A program made the position numbers and the translations under genes. This document shows, piece after piece, positions 9,173 through 17,874 of a stretch of 64,000 nt of DNA (the first letter of the stretch is position 1; each line of letters opens with the position of its first letter). Location: positions 1,593-65,592 of the forward strand of contig JAFGUH010000115.1 of assembly GCA_016938615.1 (NCBI GenBank), in the 5' to 3' direction. The DNA is from Halothiobacillaceae bacterium. Its GTDB lineage: Bacteria > Pseudomonadota > Gammaproteobacteria > Halothiobacillales > Halothiobacillaceae. Below the pieces are notes generated by a model. The model ran no database searches, was not told the origin of the DNA, and saw only the letters and a program-made list of their open reading frames with translations.

Positions 9173-9976
9173 ATGTCGATATATAGTGAAAAACATAACG
9201 CATCGTTCACCGGCTCGCTCGGCCTGAAACTGGGTGAAGGCGAGGTCTCCGACCGGCGCCTACGACTGCTGGCCGCACTCGAGCAGACCGGCTCGATCAG
9301 CGGCGCGGCCCGAAACATCGGCATGACCTACAAGGCGGCCTGGGACGCGATCGATGCGATCAACAACCTCGCCGACCGGCCGCTGGTGGCCACTCGCCAC
9401 GGCGGCAGCCGCGGTGGCGGGGCCGAGCTGACCGAGGACGGCCGACAACTGCTGTCCGCCTGGCGGCGGCTAGACGGCCTGCAGCGCGAGCTGCTCGCCC
9501 TGTTCGAACGCGAGCGGATCACCGGCCAACTGGACCTGATCAGGAAGATCAACGTGAAGACAAGCGCCCGAAACCATCTCGCCGGCAAGGTCAAGACGAT
9601 CACCCGCGGGCCGGTCAACAGCGAGGTCGTCGTCGCATTGAACGGCGGAGACGAGCTGGTCGCCGTCATCACCAGCCACAGCGTCGAGGGCATGAACCTG
9701 ACCGAGGGCAGCGACGTCCATTCCCTGATCAAGTCGAGCTTCGTCATCCTCGGTGACGCCGCCTCGCGCACCTCGGCGCGCAACCACCTCTGCGGCACGG
9801 TCGAGCGCATCGAGACCGGCGCGATCAACAGTGAGGTGGTCGTCGCCCTGTCCGGCGGGGCGCGCATCACGGCGGTGGTGACCAACGAGAGTGTCGCGAG
9901 CCTGGGGCTGCGCGAGGGCGGCAAGAGCTGCGCGCAGATCAAGGCCAGCCACGTGATCCTGGGCGTGGATGCCTGA
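9173..9976 (+). CDS. modE: Molybdate-responsive transcriptional regulator ModE
   Basis: 267 aa. N-terminal HTH RRLRLLAALEQTGSISGAARNIGMTYKAAWDAIDAINNL...GGSRGGGAELT, followed by two Mop/TOBE repeats (TSARNHLAGKVKTITRGPVNSEVVVAL; TSARNHLCGTVERIETGAINSEVVVAL). Confidence 0.9.
   Translation: MSIYSEKHNASFTGSLGLKLGEGEVSDRRLRLLAALEQTGSISGAARNIGMTYKAAWDAIDAINNLADRPLVATRHGGSRGGGAELTEDGRQLLSAWRRLDGLQRELLALFERERITGQLDLIRKINVKTSARNHLAGKVKTITRGPVNSEVVVALNGGDELVAVITSHSVEGMNLTEGSDVHSLIKSSFVILGDAASRTSARNHLCGTVERIETGAINSEVVVALSGGARITAVVTNESVASLGLREGGKSCAQIKASHVILGVDA
9176..9205 (+). promoter_or_regulatory. ModE-box-like imperfect palindrome overlapping the 5' end of modE
   Basis: TCGATATATAGTGAAAAACATAACGCATCG is an AT-rich island in GC-rich DNA. 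CGATATATA-N6-AACATAACG resembles the E. coli modA operator half-sites (TATAT-N7-TAYAT core, recalled from the literature). Confidence 0.35.
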
Positions 9977-10052
9977 GCGCATCACGGCCATTTTTTTGCA
10001 CATCAAGATATACCAGACAACACATCGAGGGCAGTCACCCTCGGAGGCAACC

Positions 10053-10829
10053 ATGCTCGAGAAAACCCTGAAGACGTCCCTGGCCACCGCCCTGCTCGGC
10101 GTCAGCCTGCTGGCATCCGCGCTCGCACAGGCCGAGACGATCACGGTGGCCATCGCGGCCAACTTCACCAAGACCATCGAGGAGGTCGGTGCCGCCTGGG
10201 AGGCGAAGACCGGCCACGACGTGCGGTTCTCCTTCGGTCCGTCGGGCAAGCTGCTCGCCCAGATTCAGAACGGCGCACCCTTCGACGGCTATTTCTCCGC
10301 CGATACCCGCCGGCCACAGATCCTGGTCGATTCGGGCGAGGCGCTCGACTTCTTCGTCTACGCCAAGGGACAGCTGGCGCTGTACAGCGAGAAACTGCCG
10401 GTCGACGAGAACGCGGAAACCATCCTCGCGAACGGCGACTTTCGGCACCTGGCCATGGCCAACCCCAAGGCCGCGCCCTACGGCCTGGCCGCCCGGCAGG
10501 TGCTGGAAAAGCGCGGGCTGTACCGGATGCTCAGGGACGAGGGTCGCATCGTGCAGGGCGAGAGCATCAGCCAGGCCTTCCAGTTCGCCGCCACCGGCAA
10601 TGCCCAGCTGGGCTTCGTCGCCCTATCGCAACTGCGTGACCCGGAAAGCCCGGTCAAGGCCAGGGGCCAGGTCTGGATGCCGCCGACCGAAGACTACGAG
10701 CCGATCCAGCAGGGCGCGTTGGTGCTGACACGCAGCGAGCACCCCGAGGTGGTCGAGGACTTCATGGCCTTCGTGCAGGGCCGCGAGGCCGCCGAGATCA
10801 TCCAGAAGTTCGGCTACGATACGCCCTGA
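10053..10829 (+). CDS. modA: Molybdate ABC transporter substrate-binding protein ModA
   Basis: Internal ATG of ORF 9969..10829 preceded by GGAGG. MLEKTLKTSLATALLGVSLLASALAQA signal peptide, then ITVAIAANFTKT...FSFGPSGKLLAQIQNGAPFD, typical ModA. Confidence 0.9.
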   Translation: MLEKTLKTSLATALLGVSLLASALAQAETITVAIAANFTKTIEEVGAAWEAKTGHDVRFSFGPSGKLLAQIQNGAPFDGYFSADTRRPQILVDSGEALDFFVYAKGQLALYSEKLPVDENAETILANGDFRHLAMANPKAAPYGLAARQVLEKRGLYRMLRDEGRIVQGESISQAFQFAATGNAQLGFVALSQLRDPESPVKARGQVWMPPTEDYEPIQQGALVLTRSEHPEVVEDFMAFVQGREAAEIIQKFGYDTP

Positions 10830-10956
10830 CCCCGACGACGGACGGGCTTGCCCCGCCGGCTGCCAGATTTCGACCCGCGCAGCCCCGGCCGCGCGTTCTT
10901 GCGGGCATCACGCGGCCCTCGACCGGCGATGCCACCTCTTTTGAAACCCGGACCCC

Positions 10957-11652
10957 GTGATGACCCTGTTCGGCATTCCGCTCGACATCCACCCGATCTG
11001 GCTGACCCTCGAGGTCGCCGCCCTGACCACGCTCGCGCTGTTGATCATCGGCATCCCGCTGGCCTGGTGGCTGGCGCGGATGCAGTCGCGCTGGCGCGTG
11101 CTGCTCGAGGCGCTGGTTTCGCTGCCGCTGGTGCTACCGCCCACGGTGCTGGGCTTCTACCTGATCATCGCGCTGGGCCCGAGCGGCCCCGTCACGGAAT
11201 TCCTGGGGCTGTTCGGCTTCGAGGGCCAGCTGACCTTCAACCTCATGGGGCTGGTGATCGGCTCGGTGATCTTCTCGCTACCATTCATGGTCCAGCCGAT
11301 GATGAGCGCCTTCCAGGCGTTGCCGGAGGAGGTGCTGGATGCCGCGCGGCTGATGCGGGCGGGCTTTGTCGACCGCTTCGTCAACGTGATCCTGCCGCTC
11401 GCGCGCCAGGGGCTGGTGGTCGGCTCGGTACTCACCTTCGCCCACACGGTGGGCGAGTTCGGCGTGGTGCTGATGGTCGGCGGCAACATCGAGGGCGAGA
11501 CGCGGCTGGTCTCGATCGCGATTTTCGATCACGTCGAGTCGTTCGAGTACGAACAGGCCCACCTGCTCTCGGCGATCATGGTGGTGTTCTCGTTGCTCAC
11601 GCTGGTCTCCGTCTACCTGATCAACCGCCGGCTCTCGGCGCGTCTGGGGTAA
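10957..11652 (+). CDS. modB: Molybdate ABC transporter permease ModB
   Basis: 231 aa polytopic permease. EAA loop AARLMRAGFVDRFVNVILPLARQG. Sits between modA and modC. Confidence 0.9.
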   Translation: MMTLFGIPLDIHPIWLTLEVAALTTLALLIIGIPLAWWLARMQSRWRVLLEALVSLPLVLPPTVLGFYLIIALGPSGPVTEFLGLFGFEGQLTFNLMGLVIGSVIFSLPFMVQPMMSAFQALPEEVLDAARLMRAGFVDRFVNVILPLARQGLVVGSVLTFAHTVGEFGVVLMVGGNIEGETRLVSIAIFDHVESFEYEQAHLLSAIMVVFSLLTLVSVYLINRRLSARLG

Positions 11653-11655
11653 GCC

Positions 11656-12753
11656 ATGTTCGAAGGCAATCTTTCACTGAAACTGGGCAACTTCCAGCTG
11701 GATTCCGGCCCGTTCGCCTTCCACTCGGAAGGGGTGACCGCCCTGTTCGGCCGTTCCGGGTCGGGCAAGAGCACGCTGCTGCGCGCCATGGCAGGCCTCG
11801 ATCGTCGCACCCGGGGCAGCCTGCGCTACCACGATGAGGTCTGGCAGGACGGTCGCCGTGCCCTGCCCGCCGAACGGCGTGATATCGGCATGGTCTTCCA
11901 GCATGCCGCCCTGCTGGCCAACCGCTCGGTCCGTGGCAATCTGGCGTTTGCCGAGCAGCGCGCCCCACGGGACCGGGGCCCGGCCATCGACCGCAACGAG
12001 ATCATCGAGCGTACCGGCATCGGCCCGCTGCTCGACCGATCGGTGGCGAATCTCTCCGGCGGCGAGCGCCAGCGGTTGGCGATCGCCCGGGCACTGATCG
12101 GCCGGCCGCGCGTGCTGATGGTGGACGAGCCGCTGGCCGCGCTCGACTGGCGCGCCAAGGCCGAGTTGCTCGACCTGTTCGAGTCGGTGATCCACGACTT
12201 CGGCATCCCCACGATACTGATCACCCACGCGCCGCTGGAGGTCGAACGGCTGGCAGACCGGGTGGTGTTCATGGATGCCGGGCGGGTCGAGCGGGTCGAA
12301 AGCCTGCGCGCGGCCCTCGATCGGGTCGACTCGCCGTTATTCACCGAGGAAGGGCCGGTGGCCTCGCTCACCGGCCATGTCGAACCCATCACGGACGAAC
12401 CGCGACGATTGCGCTTCGTCACCACCCCGCAGACGAACGACGGTCAACCGGTCATCTTCCAGTTGGGGACAGACGGGAACAGCATCGGCCGCGGCCCCCG
12501 CCGCCTGCGCGTGCGTGCCGACGACGTCGCCCTCGCCCGAAAACGGATCGACGGCATCTCCATGCAGAACCAGCTACCGGCACGGATCGAACGGATCGAG
12601 ACCACCGGCCCGGGGCGGAAAGCCGTGTTTCTGACCCTGAACGACGGCCAACGCCTGGTCAGCGAAGTCACCGATCGTGCCGTGGCCGACATGGGACTGG
12701 ATGCCGGACAGGGCGTGACCGCGCTGGTGAAAAGCGCGGCGCTGTTGAGATAG
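11656..12753 (+). CDS. modC: Molybdate ABC transporter ATP-binding protein ModC
   Basis: 365 aa. Walker A GRSGSGKSTLL, signature [15 protein letters not shown], Walker B VLMVDEP, and a C-terminal TOBE-like domain. Confidence 0.9.
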   Translation: MFEGNLSLKLGNFQLDSGPFAFHSEGVTALFGRSGSGKSTLLRAMAGLDRRTRGSLRYHDEVWQDGRRALPAERRDIGMVFQHAALLANRSVRGNLAFAEQRAPRDRGPAIDRNEIIERTGIGPLLDRSVANLSGGERQRLAIARALIGRPRVLMVDEPLAALDWRAKAELLDLFESVIHDFGIPTILITHAPLEVERLADRVVFMDAGRVERVESLRAALDRVDSPLFTEEGPVASLTGHVEPITDEPRRLRFVTTPQTNDGQPVIFQLGTDGNSIGRGPRRLRVRADDVALARKRIDGISMQNQLPARIERIETTGPGRKAVFLTLNDGQRLVSEVTDRAVADMGLDAGQGVTALVKSAALLR

Positions 12754-12838
12754 CAGCAATCCCCGGCCACCTCCACCGGCAGTTGCCTGCTGTCCGCGGG
12801 GGCATTCGACGACCGACGCCCGCAAGACCCGACCGAGC

Positions 12839-13276
12839 TCAGTCGCCGGCATTGGCTGCAAGCCAATCCTCGACGCGTTCACGGATTCGATCGCGAATCT
12901 CGCGCAGGGCCGCGAGGCGCTTAGCCTCGTCCCCGGCCAGGGTCGCCGGGTCCGGATACGGCCAGTGCAACGTCTGGCGCACGCCCGGGAACAGCGGGCA
13001 ATCCTTCTCGGTCCCGCGCTCGCAGACGTAGATCACCTGCTCGTAGAGCCTTCCTTCACGAAAGAAATCGACGATGTTGTCCGACTCGACCCCGGACAGG
13101 TCGTAACCGACTTCCTGCATCACCCGGACGACGTCGGGTTGGATCGGCCGCGGGATGACGCCTGCGCTCTCTGCGACGAACGCGGGACCGCCCAACCCGT
13201 TGAGAAACGCCTCGGCCATCTGGCTCCGGCCGCTGTTGTGGATGCAGACGAACAGGACACGGCGGGGCTGGCTCAT
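12839..13276 (-). CDS. arsC: Arsenate reductase, LMW-PTP (thioredoxin-coupled) type
   Basis: 145 aa. P-loop VLFVCIHNSGRSQMAE (CX5R) plus downstream Cys pair (YVCERGTEKDCPLFPG). Divergent from arsR. Confidence 0.85.
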   Translation of the reverse strand: MSQPRRVLFVCIHNSGRSQMAEAFLNGLGGPAFVAESAGVIPRPIQPDVVRVMQEVGYDLSGVESDNIVDFFREGRLYEQVIYVCERGTEKDCPLFPGVRQTLHWPYPDPATLAGDEAKRLAALREIRDRIRERVEDWLAANAGD

Positions 13277-13319
13277 CGCTGGGAACTCCTGCAGAGCGGG
13301 CTTGACGAACGGCTGGCTT

Positions 13320-13357
13320 CATATGCAATATATTTCATGTTCCGTTAAATGCATATG
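13320..13357. promoter_or_regulatory. Inverted repeat in the arsC/arsR divergent promoter (candidate ArsR operator)
   Basis: CATATGCA-N22-TGCATATG in the only AT-rich stretch of the 72-bp intergenic region. The right arm overlaps the arsR ATG cluster. TTGACG at 13302-13307 is a possible -35 box. Confidence 0.4.
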
Positions 13358-13720
13358 ACAATGCTGGAATATCCGATGTCACCCACCGATCTCTTCGCCG
13401 CCCTGTCCCATTCCACCCGCCTGCGTTTGGCGCTACTGATGGCCGAACTCGGCACCCTCTGTGTCTGCGAGTTGCAGCACGCAGTCGGCGAGGACCAACC
13501 GCGCGTATCCCGCCATCTGGCCAACCTGCGCCAGGCCGGCGTGATCGAGGGCACGCGTCGCGCCCAGTGGGTGGACTACCGACTCGCTCCCGACCTGCCC
13601 GGCTGGGCGCGCAGGGTCATCGACCAGGCCCTGGCCGGCATGCAGGACGATCCCGCATTCAAGGAAGACCGCCGCCGTCTGGCCGGCATGGCCGCGGCCG
13701 CCGAACCGGTGTGTCGATAG
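13349..13720 (+). CDS. arsR: ArsR/SmtB family metalloregulator
   Basis: 123 aa. HTH region with the As(III)-type LCVCEL motif (GTLCVCELQHAVGEDQPRVSRHLANLRQAGV). Confidence 0.85.
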   Translation: MHMTMLEYPMSPTDLFAALSHSTRLRLALLMAELGTLCVCELQHAVGEDQPRVSRHLANLRQAGVIEGTRRAQWVDYRLAPDLPGWARRVIDQALAGMQDDPAFKEDRRRLAGMAAAAEPVCR

Positions 13721-13742
13721 GCGGTATCGGGGCGAGGATGGA

Positions 13743-14951
13743 TCAGGAATACGGTGCCGACGGGCTCAGCCCACCATCCGCGCTGAGTCCGTCGCCGGAC
13801 GCCGTCGCGGGCTCCGCGGAGGAGACGCGGCCGGCCAGTCGGGCGAACTGCACCAACTGGCGCTCGAACTGCGGCGTCCAGCCGTAGGTCTGTACCGCGC
13901 GCCGTCGTGCCGCGGCGCCCAAACCACGCCAGTCGCGGTCGAACAACCGCTCGACCGCCCGCGCCAGGTCGACTGCCCGGGCGCGTTCGGCCAGCTCGCC
14001 GACGCTGTCGTCGATCAGTTCGGGGGTCGCGCCGGCCCGCACGCCCACGACCGGCAGGCCGCAGGCCATTGCCTCGACGATCACCAGCCCGAAGGTCTCG
14101 GCATCGCCGCCGTGCAGAAGCGCATCCGCAGAGGCCAGGTACGCGGCCAGCTCGTGCTCGTCGCGCAGGTAATCGACCACCCGCAGGCGCGGATGCCCGG
14201 CCGAAGGCATGCCAGCGCCGATCAGCAACAGGTGGTAACGGTCATCGAGCGAATCGAGTGCCTCGATCAACTGGTCGACATGCTTCTCGCGGGTGTTGCG
14301 CCCGGCGAACACCAGCAGACGCCCGCCGGACGGAATGCCCAGCGCGGCGCGCACCGCCGGGTCGACGGCCGAGGGGCGGAACACGGCGGTATCGACACCG
14401 AGACGCTGGACGCTGACCTGCCGCACACCCAGGTCGGCGAGCTGCTCGGCCATGACATCGCTCGGCGCGAACATCCAGTCGAACCGATCGTAGAGCCGAG
14501 TCAGATAGCGCGCCGACAACGGCCGCACCCATTCACCGAAACGCAACGCCAGCAGCCGTGACAAATCGGAGTGGAAGAATCCCGCCACCGGCACGTCCAG
14601 CCGGCGACCGGCGTCCAGTGCGGCATGCGCGGTGACGTAAGGATCACCGGCCTCGATCACGTCCGGCGCCAGCTCGATCAGTGCGTCACGCCAAGGGCCG
14701 GGACGTAGCGGAAACCGGTAGCCATCACCCGCCGGCAGACGGCGCGCCGGCAACTGGCGCAACCACTGGTCGTCGTCGGCAGACCAGGCGGGACGGGGGC
14801 CGGGCACCAGCAGGCTGTGGCGGCAATCGGCGCGCCCGGCGAGGTGGCTGCGCTTGGCCTCGAGATAGCGGCGCACGCCGCCCGAGGCCGGTCCCCAGAA
14901 CATGGTGACGTCGGCCAAGTGCAGTGCCGGGGAAACAGCTGTCTTTTCCAT
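13743..14951 (-). CDS. Glycosyltransferase, GT4 (GT-B fold) family
   Basis: ORF 13743..15065, started at MEKTAVSPALHLADVTMFWGPASGGVRRYL. C-terminal E-x7-E region ETFGLVIVEAMACGLPVVG. Lies 37 nt downstream of the relA-like stop on the same strand. Confidence 0.8.
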   Translation of the reverse strand: MEKTAVSPALHLADVTMFWGPASGGVRRYLEAKRSHLAGRADCRHSLLVPGPRPAWSADDDQWLRQLPARRLPAGDGYRFPLRPGPWRDALIELAPDVIEAGDPYVTAHAALDAGRRLDVPVAGFFHSDLSRLLALRFGEWVRPLSARYLTRLYDRFDWMFAPSDVMAEQLADLGVRQVSVQRLGVDTAVFRPSAVDPAVRAALGIPSGGRLLVFAGRNTREKHVDQLIEALDSLDDRYHLLLIGAGMPSAGHPRLRVVDYLRDEHELAAYLASADALLHGGDAETFGLVIVEAMACGLPVVGVRAGATPELIDDSVGELAERARAVDLARAVERLFDRDWRGLGAAARRRAVQTYGWTPQFERQLVQFARLAGRVSSAEPATASGDGLSADGGLSPSAPYS

Positions 14952-14988
14952 CGGCACCACGCTACCCCGCGCGCATGACGGTTTGTTG

Positions 14989-16920
14989 TCAGCCGGAGCG
15001 GTCCTCGCCCCCTGGCCACTCCACCGGCAACACCCGCTCCGGGTACTGGCCGGCCAGGTGGGCAAGGTTCCGACAATCGGGCCGATGCAGCTTGTACCCC
15101 TGCGACCGACTGAGGAACGCCATCACGCGGTCGCCCGGCTGCGGCTGGCAGCATTTGGCGACGGTCACTTTCAGCCCGTCGATGGACTGGTTCTCGATGA
15201 TCAGGCTGCGCCCGCCGGGCGGCTCGTCGCCGAGCGCTGCTTCGATCTCGTTCGAGCGGGGCGGACGTGCCGAGCGATCCGCGTCGGTCCCCAGCTGGGC
15301 CCGGGCGGCTGCCCGCAATGTCTCGGCGGCGATGCGGCGACGCCCGACGGCCAGGAACAACTGCTCCTCGCTGTTCACCCCGAGAGCCGCCAGCAATCGG
15401 CGGCGCGCCTCGGCGTTCATTGAAAAGCGCCGGAAGAGTCGCTCGCAGGTCAACCGGCCACGCTCGCGAGCATCCTCGCGGTCGAACGGGGCAAACCAGT
15501 GGCGCACCTTCGCCCGCGCACTTGCCGAACGCAGAAAACCGCTATTCGCATGGGCCCACTCGCGGCTGGGCGCAGGCTCCTTGTGGGTGAGCACCTCGAC
15601 GGTATCCCCGTTGGCCACCTCGGTCTTCAGCGGCGCGATCTGGCCGTTGACCTTCGCGCCGCGACAGCGGTGCCCCAGGTGGGTGTGGATGCGATAGGCG
15701 AAATCGAGCACGGTCGCCCCGGCGGGTAGCTCGACCAGTTCGCCCGCCGGGGTGAAGGCGTAGACCTTGGGCGCGGCCATGGGTCGGATCTCGCCCCGAG
15801 CCAGGCCGCGGCGCAGCGACTCGACCTGCATGTCGAAGGGATTCTCGCCGCCACCGCCCCCCTTGTAGCGCCAGTGGGCGGCAACACCGAACTCGGCGAA
15901 GGCATGCATGCGCTCGGTGCGGATCTGGATCTCGACCACCTTGCCCTCGTCGGCCTCGACGGCCGTATGCAGCGACTGGTAGCCGTTGGGTTTCGGGCGC
16001 GCGATGTAGTCGTCGTACTCGCTCGGGATGGGGCGGAACAGCTCGTGGACCACCGAGAGCGCAGCGTAGCAGTCGGTGACTGAGTCGACCTGCACCCGCA
16101 GCGCGCGCACGTCAAACAGCTGCTCGAAGGAGAGCTGCTTGCGGCGCATCTTCCCCCAGATGCTGTAGATGTGCTTGGGCCGGCCGTAGACCTCGGCGCG
16201 GATGCCCGCCTGGAGCAGGGCGTGGTTCAGCTTCTGCTCGACCTGGACCAGGTACGACTCGCGGCTGGTGCGACGCTCGTCGAGCAGGCGGGCGATCTCG
16301 ACGTAGGTGCTGGGTTCGAGATGACGGAAGGCGAGGTCCTCGAGCTCCCACTTGATCTGACCAAGACCGAGCCGGTGGGCGATCGGCGCATGGACGGCCA
16401 ACGTCATGCCGGCAAAGCGTCGACGCCGCGCCTCGTCGGGCTCGTCGACCAGCGCCCGCATTCCCTCGAGCCGGTAGGCCAGGTCGATCAGGACCGCCCG
16501 GGCATCGCGTGCGCCGGCGAGCAGCAGGCGGCGCCAGTATTCGCGCTGACGCTCCGAGCGCGGTTCGGGATAGGCCGACTCCCAGCCGCGCAATCGCTCG
16601 ATCGCCCGGCGTAGCCGCCGCACCTCCGCCCAGCCGGCCCGGTCGAGCAGGGGCGTGTCGGCCATCGGCTCGTCGTCAGTGGCCAGGCCCGCGTCGGCCA
16701 GCAAGGCGGCGACCAGGGTCGGCAAGTCGGCCTGGACCGCCGCCAGCGAGACGGCCACCTGCGCGCCGAGGGGCGACGCGACCGTTCCATCGCGCTCGAC
16801 CACGGTTCGGCAAAGGCGTTCGAGCGCTCGAGCGACGCCCGGACCCGCACCCGGCAAGGTCAAACCCCGCGCGAGGCGTTGGCAAGGAGATTCGGCGCTG
16901 TTTTCGAATGGATGCTGCAT
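14989..16920 (-). CDS. relA: RelA-type (p)ppGpp synthetase lacking the C-terminal ACT/RRM domain
   Basis: ORF 14989..16962 (ATG at 16920 preferred, start uncertain). Synthetase core YGRPKHIYSIWGKMRRK...DVRALRVQV...IARPKPNGYQSLHT...VEIQIRTERMHAFAEFGVAAHWRYK. TGS domain VYAFTPAGELVELPAGATVLDFAYRIHTHLGHRCRGAKVNGQ. Zn-finger domain KCCQPQPGD...HRPDC. No HD catalytic motif in the N-terminal domain. Confidence 0.85.
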   Translation of the reverse strand: MQHPFENSAESPCQRLARGLTLPGAGPGVARALERLCRTVVERDGTVASPLGAQVAVSLAAVQADLPTLVAALLADAGLATDDEPMADTPLLDRAGWAEVRRLRRAIERLRGWESAYPEPRSERQREYWRRLLLAGARDARAVLIDLAYRLEGMRALVDEPDEARRRRFAGMTLAVHAPIAHRLGLGQIKWELEDLAFRHLEPSTYVEIARLLDERRTSRESYLVQVEQKLNHALLQAGIRAEVYGRPKHIYSIWGKMRRKQLSFEQLFDVRALRVQVDSVTDCYAALSVVHELFRPIPSEYDDYIARPKPNGYQSLHTAVEADEGKVVEIQIRTERMHAFAEFGVAAHWRYKGGGGGENPFDMQVESLRRGLARGEIRPMAAPKVYAFTPAGELVELPAGATVLDFAYRIHTHLGHRCRGAKVNGQIAPLKTEVANGDTVEVLTHKEPAPSREWAHANSGFLRSASARAKVRHWFAPFDREDARERGRLTCERLFRRFSMNAEARRRLLAALGVNSEEQLFLAVGRRRIAAETLRAAARAQLGTDADRSARPPRSNEIEAALGDEPPGGRSLIIENQSIDGLKVTVAKCCQPQPGDRVMAFLSRSQGYKLHRPDCRNLAHLAGQYPERVLPVEWPGGEDRSG

Positions 16921-17149
16921 GCACACTCGTTCCAGCCGGCTCGGGCGGAGGGCAGGACGCAAGACTCCAGTTGGGTTGCCACCACCTCCGTGGCACTATT
17001 CATGGGCACTCGACACCTGCTCTCGGGGAAACACCACCCGAGTGCCTTGTCCCTACCCGGTTCAAGGTGCGTAGAGCGGCATGACCCTCGTGCAGAGTCT
17101 TCCAGATTACCATTCGACCGGTCGGCCGGTGAGGCAAGGAGAAAGAGAC

Positions 17150-17866
17150 ATGACGCAGCCGAGCGATCGGCATGGAGAGCACCACCGGCTGAACCGCTAT
17201 CGCAGACTGCGGGCCGGGCTGCTGGGCGCGATCGCCGGGCTTGTGGCCGTCGCCGGCCTGATCACCGGTCTGCTGGCGGCCGGATCGACGCGAGAGCAAA
17301 TACTCCTCGCCGCGAGCATCGCCCTGGTGGCCGGCGCGCTGGCACTGGCCGCGGGGCAGCACGTGGCGCTTCGGCTGCGCCGCGACACCGAGCGGGCCGA
17401 CCTGGAGATGGAAGCAAGCGAGCTCGAGGGCAACTTCGAGCACGAACTCGCCGAATTGCGCGACATCTACCGTCATCGGGGCTGCGACGCGGAGACTGCC
17501 GAACGCGTCGCCCACCAGATGATGGCCCACGACGCCCTGGGCGCCCACGCCCGCGAGGAAATGGGCCTGCACCGGATGACGACCACGCCGCCGTTACTCG
17601 CCGCTGCCCCGCTGGCGGCCGCTTTCGCCACCGGCGCGGCCACGCCTTTGCTTGCCACCTGGCTGGCCCCCGCCTCGGCCATCGCCCTCGTGTGCGTACC
17701 GGTCACGCTGGCCGTGCTGGCCACCCTGGGCGCGCTCAGCGCACGCACCGGCGGGGCCTCCCTGCTGTTCGGCGGCGCACGCACCGCCCTCTGGGGAGCG
17801 GTCACCATGGCGGGAACCGCACTGGTCGGCGCCCTCGTGGGCCAATTGATCTCGACCACGGTCTGA
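17150..17866 (+). CDS. VIT1/CCC1-family (Fe/Mn) transporter
   Basis: Internal ATG of ORF 17081..17866 preceded by AAGGAGAAAGAG. Cytoplasmic helical segment ELEGNFEHELAELRDIYRHRGCDAETAERVAHQMMAHD flanked by TM helices, as in VIT family proteins. Confidence 0.8.
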   Translation: MTQPSDRHGEHHRLNRYRRLRAGLLGAIAGLVAVAGLITGLLAAGSTREQILLAASIALVAGALALAAGQHVALRLRRDTERADLEMEASELEGNFEHELAELRDIYRHRGCDAETAERVAHQMMAHDALGAHAREEMGLHRMTTTPPLLAAAPLAAAFATGAATPLLATWLAPASAIALVCVPVTLAVLATLGALSARTGGASLLFGGARTALWGAVTMAGTALVGALVGQLISTTV

Positions 17867-17874
17867 CCCCGCCG

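Noticed and set aside
17040-17075. tRNA-like T-loop string GGTTCAAGG in the relA/VIT1 intergenic region
   Set aside because: Flanking bases cannot form a T-arm or the other cloverleaf stems, so there is no tRNA.
16879-17874. First ~330 codons of the 557-aa + ORF 16879..18552
   Set aside because: This part runs through the relA promoter region and the VIT1 gene in a different frame. It is Arg/Pro/Gly-rich, and only the C-terminal alpha/beta-hydrolase part is credible.
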